This document shows, one piece after another, positions 48,808 through 57,487 of a stretch of 57,487 bases of DNA. The notes beneath the pieces were generated by a model, which saw only the letters and a program-made list of their open reading frames with translations, ran no database searches and had not been told where the DNA came from. Numbering within the stretch: position 1 is the stretch's first letter; each line of letters begins with the position of its first letter. This DNA is from Octopus sinensis (taxonomy: Eukaryota): NCBI RefSeq assembly GCF_006345805.1, contig NW_021833622.1, positions 1 to 57,487 of the forward strand, in the 5' to 3' direction. The translations under genes were made by a program, and so were the position numbers.

Positions 48808-49818
48808 TCTATATATATAAAACTCGTGTGTCTGTGTGTTTAACTTCATGGCACATCTCCTAGCCATCAAATCGTAGAACCACCAAAAATGGGTCACTTA
48901 AAGTTTAGGCGAATGAAAATTGAACTGCGCTATTTCTGTTCCAAAATTCATCTCGCAAGTGCAAAAATCGATAATGTGTTTGTTTAGGCCTTATCCCATG
49001 CATTGAATAGTGAACTTTACTCAGTCAGCTGTTTGGCGTGAACTGTGTTCACCACGCATGCAAGCATGCATAAATTGCATGAAAAATAAAAAATCAAGAT
49101 AGAAAAACGAATCACCGTAAACATTGTAGAACTTCGGCAAAGAAATGAATTTTCGGGATATAACCTGGAGGGATTTTTCGTGTTAATCATTTGGACTTTG
49201 TGAACACATACCAATTGTTTTCATAACATTTTTAACGCTTTGAATTAAATGTAACCATTTTGCGTTGAGTCTGCAGTTTGAATCACTTTAACCAAATTTT
49301 AGCTGGCCGGATTTTTGATCATCACGATACATCGCCAGCGACTCCCTGAAACTCTCCCCTGAAATCCCTGTTGAGAAATCAATATATATAAAACTCTACT
49401 TGTATGTCTGTGTGTGTGTCTGTGTGTTTAACATTTGGATCTACCAAGTTTCATTATTATGTGTGGCAAGTTTGGTAGCCTTCAACTAACACTATCTCCT
49501 TCGAGACCCTGCAGTGCAATTTGACCAAAATTGAGAGTATGATAGAAGGCTTGCTTTTCATTCTGTAGAAGATAAAATTCAAATTGGACCATATTAACAC
49601 CAACAATTATTTACATAAAAAAAGGTGCTTTTTTTCTATGAAAATCCCTATTTTTTACGATTTTTGACTGCTGTGTCACCATTTTTCGGTGTATTTCAAC
49701 TGGAAAAATGTTCACTTGAAGAGAATAACAAGTTGCATAATGCAAAATTTTTACTTTTCAAAACTTCCAATTCTGAAGGGTCGAAACAAACCCAAGCAAC
49801 ACTGGTTGATACTGCTAG
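48808..49818 (+). mobile_element. Composite non-autonomous Helitron-like element with two 5' ends
   Basis: A|TCTATATATATAAAACTC at 48808 and A|TCAATATATATAAAACTC at 49379; ends AAACCCAAGCAACACTGGTTGATACTGCTAG|T. Confidence 0.65.
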
Positions 49819-49826
49819 TATATATA

Positions 49827-49879
<53 letters not shown>

Positions 49880-49887
49880 CAATACAT

Positions 49888-51225
49888 ATCATCATCATCA
49901 TCATCATCATCATCGTTTAGCGTCCGTTTTCCATGCTAGCATGGGTTGGACGGTTCTACTGGGGTCTGTGAAGCCAGAAGGCTTCATCAGGCCCAGTCAA
50001 ATCTGGCAGTGTTTCTACGGCTGGATGCCCTTCCTAACGCCAACCACTCCGTGAGTGTAGTAGGTGCTTTTTACGTGCCACCCGCACTGGTGCCAGACAG
50101 AGCTGGCAAACGGCCACGAACGGATGGTGCTTTTTATGTGCCACCGGCACGAGGGCCAGGCGAGGCTGGCAACGGACACGAAACGGGGCGGTGCTGGCAA
50201 CGGTCGCGAAACGGAAAGTTCTCTTACATGCCACCGGCACTGGTAATACATCTGCAATTTCCATTGATCGATTTCCATTGATCGATTTCGATTCTGATCC
50301 TCACTTGCCTCAACGGGTCTTCACAAGTAGAGTTTCGACATGCCATCGGCACTGGTAACACATCCGCAATTTCCATTGATCGATTTCGATTCTGATCCTC
50401 ACTTGCCTCAACACGTCTTCACAAGTAGAGTTTTGTGTCCCAAGAGGGAAGGTATGCATACGTAGGCGGCTCCATCCCATGTAGAAGGCCACGGGTTATG
50501 GACTCACTTGTCCTGCCGGTCCTCTCGCGCACCGCACACTTCCAGAGGTCTCGGTCTCTAGTCATTTCCTCAGTGAGACCTAAAGTTCGAAGGTCGTGCT
50601 TTACCACCTCGTCCCAGGTTTTCCTGGGTCTGCCTCTTCCACAGGTTCCCTCAACCGCTAGGGTGTGGCACTTTTTCACACAACTATCTTCATCCATTCT
50701 CGCCACATGACCATACCAGCGCAAACGTCTCTCTTGCACACCACAACTGATGCTTCTTAGGTCCAGCTTTTCTCTCAAGGTACTTACACACTGCCGAGTG
50801 TGAGTACCGGCATTACACATCCATCGGAGCATACTGGCTTCATTTCTAGCGAGCTTACGCATATCCTCAGCAGTCACGGCCCATGTTTCACTGCCATGTA
50901 GCATGGCTGTTCGTACACACGCATCATACAGTCTGCCTTTCACTCCGTGCAAGAGGCCTTTAGTCACCAGCAGAGGTAAGAGCTCTCTGAACTTTGCCCA
51001 AGCTATTCTTACTCTAGCAGTTACACTTTCAGCACACCCGCCCCCGCTGCTGACTTGGTCACCTAGGTAACGGAAACTATCAACTATTTCTAGTTTTTCT
51101 CCCTGGAAAGTGACGGAAGTTGGTCTCAGAGCATTTTCAGTGTGTTTATGTTCCTGAGCATCTGCCACATACAAAAACCATCTTCCTAGTTAGCCTTCCT
51201 TTGACATTGCTGTATCTCTTATGTG

Positions 51226-51226
<1 letters not shown>
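49888..51226 (-). mobile_element. Young 5'-truncated RTE LINE flanked by (TA)n
   Basis: Open ORF C-terminus (FQGEKLEIVDSFRYLGD..RPRKTW); about 3 VNTR units; about 110-bp tandem duplication at 50227-50430. Confidence 0.93.
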
Positions 51227-51271
<45 letters not shown>

Positions 51272-51319
51272 TATATATAACAATACATATATATATATTA
51301 TATATTATATATATATATA

Positions 51320-52625
51320 TTCCTCTGTCTACGTAGGCTCTGTAGTGACGACCATGACTTTGAGACTCAGTCTCAACGCATGGCTTGCTACTTCATCCTA
51401 CGTGGATACCCCCTCACCACAATCCACACCGCCCTTGCCAGAGCACGTTCCGTAGACCGTGCATCTGCTCTCTCCCCCCGAACCCGCCCTGTAGTCTCCC
51501 GCCTCCCTTACCACCCCACGACCCTACCTCTCCAACGCACCATTCTTTGAGCTTTCCGGCATCTCCAGTCCAACCTGTCCACTTCACACCTCTTCCCCAA
51601 CCGACCCCTCCCCTCTTTCAAACAAGCCCATAACCTACGAGACCTTTTGGACCACAGCTCCTTCCCTGACCCTACCTCCCAACCTGGCTCGTTCCCCTGC
51701 TCCCGCCCACGTTTCCACACTTGCCCTTACCTCTCCAACACCACCCTCCTCACTGGCACCCATCATCGACCCTATCGCATCATCAACTCCTTCACCTGCA
51801 CCTCCAGTAATATCTACTGCATCTCTTGCTCTCTCTGCCATTCCCCCTACATCGGACAAACGGGACGCCGCCTGGCTCACCGGTTCGCGGACCATCTCCG
51901 TGACATCCGCCTTGCCAACGACACACCGGTCTCATGCCATTTCCGCTCCACCGATCACTCCTTGCAACACCTGTCTGTGTTCGGTTTGTCCTTGCATAGA
52001 GACCATCCGGATTCCCGTTTCCGCCGTGAACAGGGATTAATCTTCTCTCTTCGCTCTTTTACGCCAATTGGTCTCAACTCTCTCCCCCTCCTCATCTAAC
52101 CTCCACCTGACTCCTGCTTCTCTTTGGTCCTTCATCTTTTCACCCCTACTCTCTTGCTCTCCTCTTCCATTCTTCCTTCCTTTCTTCTTCCTTCTTCCCC
52201 TTCTCTCTTTCTCTCTGCTCCCTCACATCCCTTCTCTCTCCCCCCTATCCCCCTCTGCTTCTCCTCTCCTTCCTCCCCCCTCCCTCCTTCACCTCTTCTC
52301 CTCCCCCTTATCTCATCTCCCCCTCTCACCCTCGCTCTCACCTTTCCTCTTCTCCCTCCTCTCTCCTCCCGCTCTCCCCCCCGCTCAACTCTCTCTCACT
52401 CTTCCCCTCATCCCCCCTCTCTCCACTACAACATACGACATTACCCATCACATCATACATACATACACACTCCAGACCTTTTTCTCTCCATGTTTCTTTT
52501 CTGTGTATCTTTCTATTGAAGAGCGTAGGCTCGAAACGTAAAAGACTTGTTTATTTATATTCCCGAGCGCCATACTAATACAATTGTTTCTTTGTACTCC
52601 TCCTGCCTTCATCTTTTGTTTATTT
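51320..52625 (+). mobile_element. 5'-truncated Penelope-like element (RT C-terminus, GIY-YIG, pyrimidine-rich 3' region)
   Basis: FLCLRRLCSDDHDF..YFILRGYP; PGSFPC; SFTCTSSN-IYCISCSLC..YIGQTGRRL..RFADH..PVSCHF. Confidence 0.9.
52508..52545 (+). ncRNA. Degenerate minimal hammerhead motif (core CTGATGA mutated to CTATTGA)
   Basis: TCTTT-CTATTGA-A-GAGC-GTAG-GCTC-GAA-ACGT-A-AAAGA; stems intact, catalytic core altered. Confidence 0.55.
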
Positions 52626-52640
52626 TTATAAAGCTTCCCA

Positions 52641-52947
52641 TTATATATATATATATATATATATTATATAGATATAACAATACATATATATATATATATA
52701 GATAAATATATATAGGTATAACAATACATATATATATATATTATATAAGTAATATATAATATATATATTATAGGTATATATATAATATATATATGTATTG
52801 ATATATAATATATATATATATATATGATATAACAATACATATATATATATATATATAAATATATATAGGTATAACAATACATATATATATATAATATAAT
52901 AATATATATATATATACTATATATATGTATATATATATATGTATTGA

Positions 52948-52985
<38 letters not shown>

Positions 52986-53093
52986 TAGATATAACAATAC
53001 ATATATATATATATATAAAATATTAGATATAATACTCTATATATTATATATATATATATAAATAATCATATATATATGTATATATATATATGT

Positions 53094-53131
<38 letters not shown>

Positions 53132-53189
53132 TAGATATAACAATACATATATATCTATATAAATATAATAGATATAACAATACATATAG

Positions 53190-53221
<32 letters not shown>

Positions 53222-54292
53222 TATATATATATATAATATTGTAATATTGTAATATATATATGTATTGATATATATTATATATGTATGTAATATATATATA
53301 TATAACATAACATATATATCATATATATTAAATATATATATATATATAATATATATTATATATTATAATATTATGTATATTATATATGTATTGACATATA
53401 TATATATATATAGATATACAAGACATATATATATATATAAATAATAATATATATATAATTATATATATATATATATGTAATATATATTATATGTATTGAC
53501 ATATATATATATATATAGATATAACAATACATATATTATATATATATATATATATTAAATATAATATATATATATATAAATATATATAGAGATAACAATA
53601 CATATATATAATAATATATATATGTATAATATATATGTATTGACATATATCTATATATAGATATAACAATACATATATATATATTATATAAATATATATA
53701 TATATATAAATATTATAGATATGTATATATATATATGTATTGACATATATATATATATAGATATAACAATACATATATATATATATATAATAAATATATA
53801 AGATATAACAATACATATATATATAATATATATATATATGTATATATATATATTATTGACATATATATATAGATATAACAATACATATATATATAATATA
53901 TATATATATGTATACATATATATGTATGACATATATATATATAGATATAACAATACATATATAAATATATATATAAATAATATATATATATAATATATTA
54001 TATAATAAGAGTATATAATGATGTATATATATATATAGTATTGACATATAATATATATAGATATAACAATACATATATATATATATATGTATACATATAT
54101 ATGTATTGATTATATATATATATTATATATATATATATATATATATGTATTGATATATATATATATATATATATTGATATATATATATCTATAGATATAA
54201 TGTATTGATATATAGATATATAGAATATATTATATATATGTTTGATATATTATAAGATATATAATAGTATATATATATAGTGTATTGATATA

Positions 54293-54330
<38 letters not shown>

Positions 54331-54337
54331 TATTGCG

Positions 54338-54369
<32 letters not shown>

Positions 54370-54375
54370 CTTATG

Positions 54376-54456
<81 letters not shown>

Positions 54457-54532
54457 TATTGATATATAATATAATATATATATAATATATATGTATTGAT
54501 ATATATATATATATATATTATATTATATATAT

Positions 54533-54623
<91 letters not shown>

Positions 54624-54751
54624 CATTATATATATGATACATAGATATGTATTGATATATATACATATATATATATATATGTTATATTACATATATATGT
54701 TTGATATATACATATATATGTATTGATATATATATATATATATGTATTGAC

Positions 54752-54783
<32 letters not shown>

Positions 54784-54874
54784 GTTATATATATATTATA
54801 GTATTGATTGGATAATATATATATGTATATATATTATTGATATATATATATATATTGTATATATATATATGTAT

Positions 54875-54918
<44 letters not shown>

Positions 54919-54961
54919 GATATATATATAGATTAATATATATATATATATATATGTATTG

Positions 54962-55006
<45 letters not shown>

Positions 55007-55565
55007 TATATATGTATTGATATATATATATATATATATATGTATTGATATATATATATATGCATTGATATATATATATATATATGTATTGATATATATA
55101 TATATATAATGTATTGATATATATAATATATATATGATATATGTGTATTGATATATATATATATGCATTGTATATATATATATATGCATGATATATATAT
55201 ATATGCGTATTGATATATATATATAATGCATTGATATAGATATATGCGTATTGATATATATTATATGCATTGATATATATATATATGCGTATTGATATAT
55301 ATTATATGCGTATTGATATATATATATATGCGTATTGATATATATATATATGCATTGATATATATATATATGCGTATTGATATATATATATATGCTTGAT
55401 ATATATATATAGGCGTATTGATATATATATATGCATTGATTATATATATGGATATATATATATATATATATTATATATATCTATATATGGAATATATATA
55501 TATAGATATATATATTATATATATATGGATAGATATATATATATATTATATGGATATATATATAT

Positions 55566-55614
<49 letters not shown>

Positions 55615-55819
55615 TTATAGATATATATGGATATATATATATATGGAGATTATATATATTGGATATATATTATTATATATATTATATATATGGATATATA
55701 TATATATATGGTATATATATATATATAGATATGGATATATATATATAATAATATGGATATATATATTATATATATGGATATATATACATATATATATATG
55801 GATATAATATATATATTAT

Positions 55820-55861
<42 letters not shown>

Positions 55862-55906
55862 TGGAATATTATATATATATAATATATTATATATATATTT
55901 AATATG

Positions 55907-55947
<41 letters not shown>

Positions 55948-56144
55948 TGATATATATATATATATATAATATTGATATATATATATAATAATATAATGTA
56001 TTGATATTATATATATATATATGTATTATATATAGATATATATTATATATGTGTATTGACATATATATATATATATGTATTGACATATATATATATATAT
56101 ATATGTATTATATATATTATATATATTATCTATATAATATGTAT

Positions 56145-56184
<40 letters not shown>

Positions 56185-56252
56185 TATATATATTATATAT
56201 ACATATATATATGTCTTGATATATTATATGTATTGATATATATATATATATA
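52641..56252. repeat. 3.6-kb (TA)n-based complex satellite
   Basis: TA runs punctuated by GATATAACAATAC, TGTATTGA, TGC(GT)ATTGA and TGGATA motifs. Confidence 0.95.
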
Positions 56253-56382
56253 TCTCTTATTATAAAAGGCAGATTTTATCTGCCCCCCTTTGTAACTTAT
56301 AGAAATCTACAATAGGATTTCTTCAATTACAATTTACCTAGCATTTTTAAGAGTAGAATGCATCGGGTCATGCCAGGTCTAG
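56253..56382 (+). mobile_element. Possible Helitron-like element (5' A|TC..TATAAAA start; 3' end uncertain)
   Basis: A|TCTCTTATTATAAAAG start; weak hairpin GCATCGGGTCATGC before CTAG|T. Confidence 0.35.
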
Positions 56383-56589
56383 TTTTTAAAATTTAAACTC
56401 CAATTAAGCAAATTTACAGAAAACTCACATTCTGGTGTGTATGTCAAATGTTTTTCTAAATGTGGTTTATCACACCACACGCCAAACGCACACACCACAA
56501 AGGGAGCGAATTGTTTCACTGACGCTATCACCCTTCTCCTTCTTTGTCTTTTGCTAGTTTGCAGCTATTAAAGTGAAAACAGTGAATCC

Positions 56590-56900
56590 GACAGCGATAA
56601 AGAAAACGAATTGGTACCTGAATGGAGTGAAAATTTAAAAACTTTTTCTTTCGGTGATTTTTCTGAAGAAACTGCACAAGCCACAGACTTTCCCAGAAGT
56701 GTAAAGTCTTAGACTATTTCTATTTACTTTTCGAATGAGCCCCATTTGAAATCATTACGGCAGAAACAAAACGTTACGCTAAACGTAAACAAAACGAAAG
56801 AAAGGATAGTTTGTTATTTCCACAACCTTAATGAAATTAAGGCTATTTTGCCATAAATATTATTATGGGTATCAGAAAGTTGCCCAGAATAACAGATTTA
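56590..56900 (+). pseudogene. piggyBac-family transposase N-terminal remnant
   Basis: Frameshifted LDYFYLLFE / FEIITAETKRYAKRKQ / NEIKA / FAINIIMGIRKLPRITD resembles the PGBD ETNRYA..EIKAF..ILMGI.KLP motif. Confidence 0.7.
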
Positions 56901-57487
56901 TCGTAAAATTTTGTTGTATACCCATTGAATATTAGCTAATAACCCATTTTCTATAGCAATGTTTGAACAAAATTTTAATAATTTTATAATTTGTTGAATT
57001 TACCTGTATCTACCTGCAATTAGAGTCACTTTGTGACAAAAATTATAGTGTAGAATTGGTTGAGGACATTTCATTAATTATTCTCCAAAATTCCTGTTAA
57101 TATATTGATAAATAAAAAGTTATTGTTGTTTAATGAAACCAGACTAAATTTATGATTACGTTAGAAATTAATTGAAACACATAAGGGGTGTATTTTGGTC
57201 AGAAATATAGTAACAAAAGGGTTAAGAAAACCAAAAAATATTTTATCTTTATAAATGTTGTATTCAAAATAATTTTTTCTTTTAAGAATGTGTATATAAC
57301 AAAGTATGTGTTTATAACTACTGACTTATTTCTTTTATATAAGAGTGAAGTTGGTGTGTGTCTCCTACGATTTAGATTCCTAACTACTCTACCCCATTTG
57401 GCGGTGCAGTGTAACCAAACCGGTATCTATAGTCGTGAGTCATATCGAGCCCTTCTGGTATTAGCGCGCGTCTACGATAGTCTACGA

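Noticed and set aside
52641-56086. Many Y/I-rich ORFs (also at 17.8-18.3, 7.3-7.9, 31.8-32.9 kb)
   Set aside because: Translations of (TA)n microsatellite.
57331-57487. Possible Helitron-like 5' start (TCTTTTATATAAGAG)
   Set aside because: Not preceded by A, truncated by the window edge, and no 3' end visible.

Overview
AT-rich, repeat-dense eukaryotic (animal) genomic DNA. The SINE/RTE repertoire and long (TA)n tracts suggest a cephalopod such as Octopus (inference, not verified by search). The only recognisable host-gene sequence is a 116-bp minus-strand exon (37082-37197) encoding the start of an F-BAR domain of the CIP4/FNBP1/Toca-1 family, plus two phase-compatible candidate upstream exons. 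Most of the window is therefore probably intronic. The rest is a transposon graveyard: more than 10 RTE-clade LINE copies (one nearly intact, with a PHD finger and an 11-unit 3'UTR tandem array), a CR1/L2-group LINE sharing its tail with tRNA-derived SINEs, Penelope-like fragments with hammerhead motifs, a decayed Ty3/Gypsy, Tc1, mariner, hAT, piggyBac and Helitron-like remnants, and a 4.7-kb TIR element carrying an Academ-like transposase/XPG pseudogene. The most striking observation is a pair of diverged inverted repeats (about 31.4-32.6 kb). Each carries all hammerhead-ribozyme core motifs in a non-circularly permuted order, with compensatory base changes in the helices. Many ORFs in the supplied track are artefacts of (TA)n low complexity or antisense shadows of LINE ORFs. 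No CRISPR array or rRNA/tRNA gene is supported.
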